Shown: positions 1-8,840 of the stretch, piece by piece
Position numbering within the stretch: position 1 is the first letter of the stretch
How the letters are laid out: each line of letters begins with the position of its first letter
Source of the DNA: a bacterium
GTDB lineage: Bacteria; UBA8248
Direction: 5' to 3'
Assembly (NCBI GenBank): GCA_965207065.1
Contig: OZ242260.1
Location: 3,648,001 to 3,712,000, forward strand
DNA length: 64,000 nucleotides
The notes under the pieces: generated by a model
Databases searched by the model: none
The model's input: the letters and a program-made list of their open reading frames with translations, nothing else
What the model was told of the DNA's origin: nothing
Translations under genes and position numbers: made by a program

Positions 1-97
1 AATGCGGCAAAATTGGACCGGAAGAGGCGTAGTTTGCCGACGATCCGAGGAGCGCGCGAAGCTCACGACTCCCCGGATGGAGCTGCGCGGGGGAAGA

Positions 98-541
98 CTA
101 CTCCACCTTCGCTTTCACGTTCTTTGCGAACTCGGAGAAGATCTTGTTCGCCTGGTTCTTGATGACGGTGAAGCCGAGCGAGCCGAGTTTGCCGAATACG
201 TCAACGCTCGAGTTGATGCGCACCTTCGTCTCGTTCTCGGAGACGGCCTCGAGCGTCACCTCGTTTTTCTGCTTTAGGCTCGCCGCGATTTTCGAGTCCT
301 TCCCCTCACCCACCGTGCGGATGTACTCGGGCGCGCGGACTTCCTCGATGTTGATCTGAAGCTGAAAGCTCGCCTTCAGGAAACTGACCTTCTGCTCGAC
401 CCGCACGCCGTAGGTCGTGTCGTCTATTTTCTCCACGTCCTTCACGCCGGGCACGCAGGAGGCGAACTCCTCGACCTGCCAGATGAAGTCCCACACCTTC
501 TCCCGGGGGGCGGCGACCGTAATCTCCTGATTGAATTCCAT
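98..541 (-). CDS. CoxG / SRPBCC family protein
   Basis: 147 aa. The pattern APREKVWDFI...ASCVPGV..VE and the C-terminal V.G.LGSLG..VI..QA are typical of CoxG-like SRPBCC proteins. Confidence 0.8.
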   Translation of the reverse strand: MEFNQEITVAAPREKVWDFIWQVEEFASCVPGVKDVEKIDDTTYGVRVEQKVSFLKASFQLQINIEEVRAPEYIRTVGEGKDSKIAASLKQKNEVTLEAVSENETKVRINSSVDVFGKLGSLGFTVIKNQANKIFSEFAKNVKAKVE

Positions 542-651
542 GTTGGATGTCCTTTTTGCTCAATGTGACGCGAAATGATAACCAAACGAAGGTATGATTC
601 TAGCAATACGGGAACTTTTCCTCCACAGACCCTTGCCTCTCAGGAACGACG

Positions 652-1335
652 ATGGCCGCCGAAACTCTCATCCTCTTCGCCAAACCGCCCCTCGCCGGCC
701 GGGTGAAGACGCGCCTCGCCGAAAGCCTCGGGCGCGAGGGCGCCGCGCGACTTTACGCGTGTTTCCTGCAAGACGCCGCCGAGACGGCGCGCGCGCTCAG
801 GGATGCGAGGCCGGGCGTCGGCATCGTCTGCGAATGGGCATTGGAGGAGGCTGAATCACTCGATGAATTTCCGCTCCCGGACTGGCTGCCCGGCGCATAT
901 CTCCACCGCGCGCAAACGGGCGCTGACCTGGGCGCGCGCATGGCGGCGGCATTGGGTCGATGCCTCGCTTTCGGGAGACGCGCCGTGCTCATCGGCACGG
1001 ATTTTCCGGATCTGCCGCATGAGGTTCTGATTACTGCGTTCGAGAATCTGGATAGCGGGGATGACGCCAAGATTACGCTCGGCCCCGCGGCGGACGGGGG
1101 CTACTACCTCGTCGGGATGAACCGGTTCGTCCCGGATATTTTTGCCGGCATCCCCTGGAGCACGGCCGAGGTGTTATCGCGCACGATGGAGAAGGCGCAC
1201 ACGCTCGGAGTCGGGACTTCGCTCCTCCCCGAATGGCACGACGTGGACGATGCGGATGATCTGGAGACCCTTAAAGACCGCCTCGCGAATCGCAGCGCCT
1301 CGCGCGCCCGGCATACGCGGGAATTCCTCTCCTGA
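652..1335 (+). CDS. TIGR04282/DUF2064-type glycosyltransferase (rSAM/selenodomain-associated, arsenosugar-type)
   Basis: Motifs FAKPP..GRVKTRLA, QTGADLGARM, IGTDFPDL, LGPAADGGYYLVG, WST..V, DVD..DL. Confidence 0.85.
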   Translation: MAAETLILFAKPPLAGRVKTRLAESLGREGAARLYACFLQDAAETARALRDARPGVGIVCEWALEEAESLDEFPLPDWLPGAYLHRAQTGADLGARMAAALGRCLAFGRRAVLIGTDFPDLPHEVLITAFENLDSGDDAKITLGPAADGGYYLVGMNRFVPDIFAGIPWSTAEVLSRTMEKAHTLGVGTSLLPEWHDVDDADDLETLKDRLANRSASRARHTREFLS

Positions 1336-1414
1336 TCCGCATCCTGCGTTTGCGCCGGAATAATTAAAATGAAAAGATTGGCGCTCAAGCCCGCCGAACG
1401 ATGAGGACAGCGCA

Positions 1415-2044
1415 TTGCCGAACCAATCCGTCGTAGAAGCCACCTACACCTATTGCGTCCACTGAGCCTGGTGCCTGATCGCGACCGGGCGGTTGCGAAA
1501 ACTGACCGAACAGGCGGAGGGACGCCTCGCCATCCGCTACCGCGCCTTTCTGCTCTCGCCCGAGCCGGACAATCGTCCGGCCCGCAAGGAGGCCATCATG
1601 GGACACTGGGCGATGGCGAAAAGCCACCCCGGCGGCGAGGAGATAAATCCCGAACTCATGGCGCGCCGCGACTTCCCCTACCCCCATTCCACGCCCGGCG
1701 CGGTCGCCATCAAGGCCTTCGCCGCCCAGATGCCGGAGCGCGAGGGCGCGTACCTCGAAGCCGTGGAGCGAACGCACCTGGTCGAGTGCAGGAACATCGA
1801 CGATGCCGAAGTGCTCGTAGCCGCCGCCGAGCGGCTGGGGGCGGAGCCCGCGATGATGCGCGAAGTCATGGCCGACCCGGATATGAAACAGCGCGTCCGG
1901 GCGGACCACATCGAGGCGGTGAACGCAGGCATACAGTCCACGCCCACGGTCGATTTTTCCGGCAGCTACAGAATCACCGGCGCGCAGCCCATGGAGATTT
2001 TCACAAAAGCCCTGGAGCGCGCCATGGCCGATCTGGACACATAG
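1415..2044 (+). CDS. DsbA/FrnE-like thioredoxin-fold protein, probable selenoprotein (Sec at TGA 1463-1465)
   Basis: ORF 1493-2044 lacks the catalytic N-terminus. Reading upstream in frame through one TGA gives TTG(1415) start and MPNQSVVEATYTYCVH-U-AWCLIATGRL. GAGGA RBS at 1403-1407. C-terminal GIQSTPT...ITGAQP is the DsbA cis-Pro loop. Confidence 0.82.
1479..1498 (+). promoter_or_regulatory. Putative bacterial SECIS hairpin
   Basis: Stem TCGCGACC/GGTTGCGA (8 bp, one G-U), loop GGGC starting 21 nt after the TGA. Confidence 0.7.
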
Positions 2045-2051
2045 CGCGGCC

Positions 2052-2969
2052 ATGCGATCAGCCTGGCGGCTCGGAAGGTTCATCGTCATACCGGCGGTGG
2101 TTTTGCTGCTTGCGGGCTGCGAGAACGTCCGCGCCTTATTCACCCCCTGGGAGAACAGGGGGGCCGGATTAACATCAAAACCTATTCAGAAGAAAAAACT
2201 TGAAGACCCGTACTTTTTCCGCGTGCTGACGCTCCCGACCTACGACATGGCGAAGGAGGCGTATGACAAGACGGCCATACTCGGGATTCCCTTCCGCAAG
2301 GTGGCCCGGGAGTTCAAGGAAAAGGCGACCGCCATCCGCATTGCGGAGCCTTCTGAATTCAGCGTCGGCGTCCGGGCCGAGGTGCAGGACTTGAAGCTCG
2401 GGGCGACGTCGAGAATCATCGAGTCGGACGAGGGGTTTTCGATCCTCCAGAAGACGACGAGCGCGCATTACGAGCGCGCCCTAAGGCTCATGGAGAAGAA
2501 AAAAGACGAGGCCGCGCTCAAGCTCATACGCCGCGATCTCGAGATCAACCCCGGAAACGTGAAGGCCTGGCTCGCCCTGGCGAAGATGACGGACGAGGCG
2601 GGGGAGCTCGAGGAAACGCTCGCCGCATACGAGAAGGCCCGCGAACTCGACCCCGGGAACCCGGTCGTCTCCAACAGGTACGCCAGATACCTGGTGTCTC
2701 AATACCGCTACGAGGAAGCCGAGAAAATCCTGAAAGACGCGGAGAAAAAATCGCCCGAGGACGTGGGCGTTCTGGTGAACCTCGCCTCCCTGCTCGTCTA
2801 CCTGAACAAGGAGCCGGACCTCGCCTTTCGCCTCATCGAGCGGGGTTCACGGGTCGACCCCGGCCGCGCGGCCTGGTACCGCCTCTCGGGCGTCATCCGG
2901 AAAAGACGGGAGCTGGGCATCGCGCCGAAAGCGAAAGGGGTGAATCAGGGGGTCAATCGCAACTGGTAA
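2052..2969 (+). CDS. Lipoprotein with parvulin/PPIase-like region and TPR repeats
   Basis: Lipobox LLLAGC. LKLGATSRIIESDEGFSILQK resembles a PpiC C-terminus. TPR motifs (LEINPGNVKAWLALA, AYEKARELDPGNP). Confidence 0.7.
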   Translation: MRSAWRLGRFIVIPAVVLLLAGCENVRALFTPWENRGAGLTSKPIQKKKLEDPYFFRVLTLPTYDMAKEAYDKTAILGIPFRKVAREFKEKATAIRIAEPSEFSVGVRAEVQDLKLGATSRIIESDEGFSILQKTTSAHYERALRLMEKKKDEAALKLIRRDLEINPGNVKAWLALAKMTDEAGELEETLAAYEKARELDPGNPVVSNRYARYLVSQYRYEEAEKILKDAEKKSPEDVGVLVNLASLLVYLNKEPDLAFRLIERGSRVDPGRAAWYRLSGVIRKRRELGIAPKAKGVNQGVNRNW

Positions 2970-2971
2970 AA

Positions 2972-3670
2972 GCACCCCCCTACCCCCCCCTTGTCGGGGC
3001 TGTTGCAGAAGTTCTGCTTTCGAGACCGGGCGTATATATTACCTGCCGAGGAGAAAGAAGAATCACTCCCATCTTGAGGGTCGGGCATCCCGAGGGGGTG
3101 AGTTGATCCAACCTGCCTGAAAGGGTTTGCGGTATTTATTGTAGGGGTCGCATACATGCGACCCGGCCTTTTTCGCCACCCGTCATGGGCCGCATATATG
3201 CGGCCCCTACACCTAATTGAAAATGTCGTAGGGACAGGTCGCGACCTGTCCGACACGCAATGCTTCTTGCAAAGGACAACCCCTCCTTGAAGTTGTCCTG
3301 CCCTTCGTGGTTGTCCTTCGTCAGGACAGGCACGGAGGCCTGCCCCTACAAAAGGCGGAACGGTTTTGTTCGTCATTCCGGCGAAAGCCGGAATCCATTT
3401 GCGGATGCGGATGAATGAACGGCGGGGTTTCCTACCTCGCCGATGCGCGGGAACCCTGACGAAAGGCAAAAGGCGAATATGGATTCCGTCAAACCCTCAC
3501 TCCCCGGTCGGCTCCGACGCCGGGATGACGGTGGGAACCAATTCCGAGCGAGGAAGGAATTCTCAATACCCCCCTGGGTCGATCAGTTCCTCCTTCTTCG
3601 GTCAGCGGACCTTCCCTCTTCGGTCGGCAAACCCTCCTTCCTCAGTCGGGTTTCATCCCTACGCCCTTAT
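2972..3670. repeat. Intergenic mosaic of REP-like palindromes (GTAG- and CGTC-type) plus a MITE-end fragment
   Basis: GTAGGGGTCGCATACATGCGACCC 3141-3164 with inverted partner 3187-3210; GTAGGGACAGGTCGCGACCTGTCC 3228-3251; 3324-3349; CGTCATTCCGGCGAAAGCCGGAATCCA 3371-3397; GGGGCTGTTGCAGAA at 2996. Confidence 0.8.
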
Positions 3671-3745
3671 GCGTCATAATGCCGACGTTCCCGAACCACG
3701 CGAAAAGTTTCACGCCGAATTATAAAATCATGAGAGGGCAACCGC

Positions 3746-5098
3746 ATGAGCGCCGACCTTTTGATCAAGAACGCGAAAATCGTGACGCCCACGGACACCT
3801 ACGAGGGCTGCGTCTACGTGGAGGGGGGGCGGATCTCCGCCATCACCCATAAAGCAGAAGCGGGCGCGGCGCGCGAAATCGACGCCGCGGGCCGCCATCT
3901 CCTGCCGGGCATGGTGGACGAGCACGTGCACATGATGGACCCGGGCTTCACGGACAGGGAAGACTGGACGACGGGCACCGAGGCGGCGGCCCGGGGCGGC
4001 ATCACCACCGTGATCGACCACCACCGGAGCGACCCGCTCGTCTACACGCGCGAGATTCTGGAGGACAAGACCGCCTACATCGACTCGCGCTCTGTGGTGG
4101 ATTTCGGCCAACTCGGCGGCCTCGACGTCGACAACCTCGAACACCTGCGCCCCATGTGGGAGGGCGGCGCGCTGGGCTTCAAGGGCTTCATGTGCGAGCT
4201 GCACGGCGTGCCCGACCTCTCAGAAGGGGTATTGTTGAACATCATGCGCGAGGTCAAATCCTTCGGCGGCACGGTGATGCTGCACTGCGAGAGCGATTCC
4301 ATCCTCAATAAATCGAAAGAGAAGATCGACGCCGATAACCGGACGGACTACATGTGCATCAGCGACTGGCGAAACCCGGAGAGCGAATACGTGGCGACGC
4401 TCGACGCCGTGGCCCTCGCCGAACTCACGGGCTGCACCGTGCTGGTGGCACACGTGAGCCAGCCCGTATTGCTGGAAGCCATCCAGGCGGCGCGCGGACG
4501 CGGGGCGCGGATATTCGCCGAAAGCTGCCCCCAGTATTTCTATCTCGACCACTCGCATCTCGAAGAACTCGGGCCGTTCGTCAAGTTCACGCCCGTCATC
4601 CGCTCCGCCGAGACGCGCGACGGAATGCGCGCCGCGCTCGGGCGCGGCATGGTGGACACCATCGGCACCGACCACTGCCCCTTCCCCCGCCAGCGGAAGG
4701 TGGACGGGCTCGAGAACATCCACGACGCGCCCTTCGGCATACCGGGCGTGGAGACGACGGTGCGCCTGATGCTGAACGCCGTGAGCGAGGGCGTCCTGAC
4801 GCTCAACCAGATGGCACGCATCTGCTGCGAGCAGCCCGCGCGCGTCTTCAGCATCTATCCCCGCAAGGGGTGCATCCAGGTGGGCGCGGATGCGGACTTC
4901 ATCGTCGTGGACATGGACCGGGAAGAGACGCTGCGCGACGCGGACATCGTCTCCAAATGCAAGTGGACGCCTTTCGACGGCTGGACGATGAAGGGCGCGC
5001 CCGTGATGACGCTCGTGCGCGGCGAGGTCGTGATGGAAGACGGCGAGGTGACCGGAAGGGCGGGGTACGGCGAGACCGTCGAGCGCGTGGGGGGTTGA
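3746..5098 (+). CDS. Allantoinase/dihydroorotase-family cyclic amidohydrolase
   Basis: LPGMVDEHVH, GT.AAARGGITTVID, GFKGFM (carbamylated Lys), HCE, AHVS, E.CPQY, GTDHCP, KG.I.VGADADF. Confidence 0.88.
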   Translation: MSADLLIKNAKIVTPTDTYEGCVYVEGGRISAITHKAEAGAAREIDAAGRHLLPGMVDEHVHMMDPGFTDREDWTTGTEAAARGGITTVIDHHRSDPLVYTREILEDKTAYIDSRSVVDFGQLGGLDVDNLEHLRPMWEGGALGFKGFMCELHGVPDLSEGVLLNIMREVKSFGGTVMLHCESDSILNKSKEKIDADNRTDYMCISDWRNPESEYVATLDAVALAELTGCTVLVAHVSQPVLLEAIQAARGRGARIFAESCPQYFYLDHSHLEELGPFVKFTPVIRSAETRDGMRAALGRGMVDTIGTDHCPFPRQRKVDGLENIHDAPFGIPGVETTVRLMLNAVSEGVLTLNQMARICCEQPARVFSIYPRKGCIQVGADADFIVVDMDREETLRDADIVSKCKWTPFDGWTMKGAPVMTLVRGEVVMEDGEVTGRAGYGETVERVGG

Positions 5099-5155
5099 GG
5101 GAGCGTTTGCATCACACGGCGGAATTTCCATCACCGGGCGCAATCCGCCATATCA

Positions 5156-5354
5156 GAGGTTGTTGAAAAATCCTGCGCGCCCCCTCGAATAGAGACTGCA
5201 GGGGCGGCCCCCTGTGGCCGCCCGCCGGCCGTATTCCCCCCGATACAGGAGGGGCGCGTGACCCAAGGACAGGCACGGGGGCCTGTCCCTACTCCTCCCT
5301 CCCCGGTCGGCTCCATACGCCGAATCACGAAATTGGGATTATTTCAACACCCCC
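5156..5354. mobile_element. MITE-like element with terminal inverted repeats and 5-bp target-site duplication
   Basis: Ends GAGGTTGTTGAAAA / TTTCAACACCCCC. TATCA lies directly on both sides (5151-5155, 5355-5359). Interior is a REP doublet. Confidence 0.75.
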
Positions 5355-5488
5355 TATCAGGCATGCCAGGACAGGTCGCGCCACAAGCAGCGCGCATCCA
5401 GTACCTCAAAAATCTCCCGGACGGGACCTGTATTCGCGGTGCGTCCGGTTCAAATTTCGAGTGAGAAGCAGGCTCGCAATTGACGCCT

Positions 5489-5718
5489 GAATTTCCGGAA
5501 ATATCGATAAATTCAGATAAATTCACGGGGTTTTTCGATAAATTACCGAGGGGAATTGCGGGGTTCTGCGGGGAGTTGCGGGGGTGGGATGCGCGTAAAT
5601 ACGGGCAAATGCGTGCGCGAAAACCGGTTGTGACGGCCGGATTCCGCCGCCCCCAGGCGCAGGGGAATTCTCCCATGGCCCGCAACACTCTCGATGACGG
5701 CAAATGCGGGCAAATGCG
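5489..5718. repeat. Block of 10-bp-period direct repeats, partly duplicated at 23836-24100
   Basis: GATAAATT at 5506, 5516, 5537; GGGA/GTTGCG-like units 5550-5584; GGCAAATGCG x2 at 5699-5718. Confidence 0.6.
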
Positions 5719-5794
5719 CATTGGCCCAGACGCCGTCAGACGCTCCTGAGTCCGCTCCTGCGAGTGACACGTTTCTTATCATAAGATGTTGATA

Positions 5795-6838
5795 TTACTT
5801 CTGTTTCCTCTCCCAATCCAGGAGTTTTCTCTTGCGCTCCACGCCCCAGCGGTAGCCTGCGAGGCCGCCGTCTCCCCGGATCGCCCGGTGGCAGGGAACG
5901 AGCAGCGCCACCGGATTGCGGGCGCATGCGCTCCCCACCGCCCGCGCGCCTTCGGGTACTCCTAAGTCACCGGCGATATCCTTGTATGTCATTGTTTTTC
6001 CGTGAGGTATGGATCTGAGACGCTCCCATACGCGGCACTGAAACGTGCTGGCGCGCACGTCGAGCGGCAAGGAACCGGAGGCCGGCGCTCCTTCGGCCAA
6101 GCCCACAACGACGTTCAAGTATTCCTTCAACTCATCATCGCTACGACTCAGAATCGCATGGGGATATTCGTTTTTGAGATCGGAGACGAGTTCGCCGACT
6201 CTCTCTCCGATGCTCACGCGGCACACACCCTTTTCAGTAGCCGCCACGAGCAGCCTGCCCAGGTGGCAAGAGGTTACCCCGTAGCGTATCGAAACGCCGG
6301 CCCCGCCCTTCTTATAGGTGGCCGGCGTCATGCCCAGATAGCGCGATGCGCCCTCGTACACCCCCCTGCTCGAGCCGTAACCGGCCTCATAACCGGCGCC
6401 CGCTAGGTCGCGCCCGTTCTTGAGCAACTCCTTGTAATTCTGTGCTTTAAGGGATTCGATATACTGGCGGGGGCTTACGCCCAGGGCCCGCTTGAAGGTG
6501 CGCTGCAAATGGTGAGGACTTGCTCCCACCACCCGCCCCAGCACCGCGAGCGTCGGGTTTTCGTCGGCGTGTTCTTCGATGTAGCGAACGGCTTTTCTCA
6601 CCTTCTCCAGGCGGGGGTCGCAGCCCGCATCCTGCGGAGCGCACCTGAGACAAGGCCTGAACCCGCGGGCTTCCGCCATCTCGGGGAATTCGAAGAACAA
6701 CACGTTGTTTTTCCTGGGCTTTCGGCTCGCGCACGAAGGACGGCAATAAATTCCGGTGGAGCGGACGGCGTATACGAAACGGCCATCCGCTTTTGCGTCG
6801 CGGTCGAGGACGGCTTCCCATCGAGCATTCATTTTCAC
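5795..6838 (-). CDS. ada: Bifunctional Ada transcriptional activator / O6-methylguanine-DNA methyltransferase
   Basis: N-terminal Zn domain GIYCRPSC...FRPCLRC, AraC HTH, C-terminal PCHR active site. GTG start at 6838 with a GGAGG RBS. Confidence 0.93.
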   Translation of the reverse strand: MKMNARWEAVLDRDAKADGRFVYAVRSTGIYCRPSCASRKPRKNNVLFFEFPEMAEARGFRPCLRCAPQDAGCDPRLEKVRKAVRYIEEHADENPTLAVLGRVVGASPHHLQRTFKRALGVSPRQYIESLKAQNYKELLKNGRDLAGAGYEAGYGSSRGVYEGASRYLGMTPATYKKGGAGVSIRYGVTSCHLGRLLVAATEKGVCRVSIGERVGELVSDLKNEYPHAILSRSDDELKEYLNVVVGLAEGAPASGSLPLDVRASTFQCRVWERLRSIPHGKTMTYKDIAGDLGVPEGARAVGSACARNPVALLVPCHRAIRGDGGLAGYRWGVERKRKLLDWERKQK

Positions 6839-6863
6839 CTGAGAACCTCCCAAAAGAAATGAA

Positions 6864-6940
6864 CGATTACATATTCATCTATAATGTAATCGCAACGCCG
6901 GGAGTCTTCTACCCGATTCTTGCCGTCAAATCCGATTCTT
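6864..6940 (-). promoter_or_regulatory. Candidate ada regulatory region
   Basis: Perfect 9-bp inverted repeat CGATTACAT/ATGTAATCG (6864-6872, 6884-6892); direct repeat CCGATTCTT (6913-6921, 6932-6940); minus-strand GCAA-GAAT-CGG. Confidence 0.45.
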
Positions 6941-7003
6941 CATGATTGAAGGACAGAAGCATAACTGACTAATATTCAAATAGATACATAGTTTCCCCCG
7001 GTT

Positions 7004-8680
7004 TCATATCCCCGAGCGGAAAACGATTTTCCCTCCGACCATCGTGAGCAAGGGCTTGGTGTCCCTGATCTGATCTTCGGGTATCTTCATGTAATCGCGG
7101 TCGAGCACGACGAGGTCGGCCAGTTTGCCCTTTTCGATGGAACCGAGTTCATTTTCCTTGAAAAACAGGTACGCGTTCGAACGCGTGTGGGCGATGAGCG
7201 CGTTTTTCCTGGAAACGGTTTCGGCCTCCAAAAGCGCCCTCTCCCCGCCCAAATCCATGCCCGTAACCGCCCACCAAAGGGAAAGCATGGGCGGATAAGG
7301 GGCCACGACGCCGGCATCCGTGCCGAGCCCCCAAACGACCCCGCTGTTCTGAACTGTCCTCAGCGGCGGCAGCGAGAGCGCCCGCTCGCCCAATCTCCGC
7401 CTCAAAGCGGAGCCCAGAATCGTCATTTTGCTGTGCAGCGCCAGGGTCATCCCGAGCGCTTTCGCCCGTTCGATGTTTCTCTTCGAGATGAAATCCGCGT
7501 GGTGAATCGACCAGCGCAGATTCGTTATGTTCTTTTTCTGATTGATTTTCTCGAAAATATCCAGATACCGCGTAATCGTCGTATCGCGAAAAGCATGTTC
7601 GTGAATCGTCCATCCCCCATCCGCCGCCGCCCGGGAAACCTTTGCAAATTCCGCGTAATCCTCATCCGGGTACCGGGAGGGCCGGAACGCCGAGTCGTGG
7701 ATTCGCGCGTACATATGCTCGCCAAGCGCGATATTTCCCATCATTCTGGCGGATTTCTCAGGGCGGGAGTTTCGAATTCTCTCAATCACTCTTTTGTTTT
7801 GCTCCGGAGATCGGGCCCGGAAGCGGGGTGTGTGAAAAATCCTCAGCGTGAGGCCGTCCTTATCAGCCAGTCTTTGCTTGATCATCTTGTAGGTGGCGTC
7901 CCGGACGCCGCCGCCACCCAGTTCAAATACGCTCGTGACGCCGGCGCGGTTGAAGTCCGCCATCAGCTTCTTGAGGCCTGATATGGTTTTGCCATCCGTT
8001 ACTTTTGGCAGTTCACGCCGCCAGAACCTGAAAATGGCCCGGCGGCCACGAATAACGCCCGTGGGAGCGCCGGATGCCGTTCTGGCTATCCGCCAGCCTC
8101 TCGGAGCTTCAAAATTCTCATCGATGCCCGCCTTCTTCAGAGCCAGGCTGTTCAGAATCATGAACCGGTATGACTGCTGGATGAACACGGGGTTGTTCGC
8201 GGCGGCCGAGTCCAACTCCGCTTTCGTGAACAATCCCGGCTTATTCCGGAATTGCCCGGGGCTCCATCCACCAATGATGAGCACCCATTCTCCGCGTTTC
8301 AGCGACTTCGCCCTGGCGGATATGATGTCCAGCGCCTTTTGACGCGAAGTGACTCCGTCGATTCTCGCTTCGTGCTCCCAGCGCAGCGCATGGCGGATGA
8401 AATGAACATGATTGTCTATCAGGCCGGGGATCAGCGTTTTCCCTTTCAGATCAATCACTTTCGTACCGGAATTCACCAGTTGCCTTATCTGAGAATTACC
8501 CCCCACAGACAAGATGCGTTCGCCCTGGATGGCCACCGCCTGTTGCGTGGAGAAATTCGCATCGACCGTTAATACTTTCCCGTTCACCAGGGCGATATCT
8601 GCGGTTTGAGCAAAGCCAGAAGATGGGAGAACCCCCAGAATTACGAGCATTACTGCGAAAATTCTAATTTTCAGAACCAT
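7004..8680 (-). CDS. Secreted amidohydrolase 3 (YtcJ-like)
   Basis: Signal peptide ending GFAQ; DLKGKTLIPGLIDNHVH, GTDA, GSIEKGKLADLVVLDRD, TMVGGKIV. Confidence 0.85.
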   Translation of the reverse strand: MVLKIRIFAVMLVILGVLPSSGFAQTADIALVNGKVLTVDANFSTQQAVAIQGERILSVGGNSQIRQLVNSGTKVIDLKGKTLIPGLIDNHVHFIRHALRWEHEARIDGVTSRQKALDIISARAKSLKRGEWVLIIGGWSPGQFRNKPGLFTKAELDSAAANNPVFIQQSYRFMILNSLALKKAGIDENFEAPRGWRIARTASGAPTGVIRGRRAIFRFWRRELPKVTDGKTISGLKKLMADFNRAGVTSVFELGGGGVRDATYKMIKQRLADKDGLTLRIFHTPRFRARSPEQNKRVIERIRNSRPEKSARMMGNIALGEHMYARIHDSAFRPSRYPDEDYAEFAKVSRAAADGGWTIHEHAFRDTTITRYLDIFEKINQKKNITNLRWSIHHADFISKRNIERAKALGMTLALHSKMTILGSALRRRLGERALSLPPLRTVQNSGVVWGLGTDAGVVAPYPPMLSLWWAVTGMDLGGERALLEAETVSRKNALIAHTRSNAYLFFKENELGSIEKGKLADLVVLDRDYMKIPEDQIRDTKPLLTMVGGKIVFRSGI

Positions 8681-8840
8681 GCGATACCCCCTGAAACCAA
8701 AACATATTCTCTATGATTCACCCAAAGATCGAGGGATAGAAATACATCCGTGATGGTGATACCATATTCGCCCGGATCACCAATGACAGCAAATGCGTGG
8801 TTGGAGAAATGGTAATTCTCACCGTCGAGGAGGACCAAAA

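Noticed and set aside
1333-1365. Possible Sec readthrough at the TGA ending the glycosyltransferase (CGG at a similar distance)
   Set aside because: The domain is complete, no stem surrounds the GG, and a TAA follows within about 10 codons.
2945-3725. Several short ORFs in the spacer
   Set aside because: They translate REP palindromes (VIPAKAGIH, VGAGLRACP) and lack family motifs.
4220-5143. Long antisense or alternate-frame ORFs (also 20688-21728, 33697-34719, 49680-50771, 50838-52145)
   Set aside because: Shadow ORFs of well-supported genes, expected in high-GC sequence.
5480-5749. CRISPR array or protein-coding gene in the short-repeat block
   Set aside because: Repeats are about 10 bp with no unique 30-40 nt spacers and no cas genes; coding evidence is weak.
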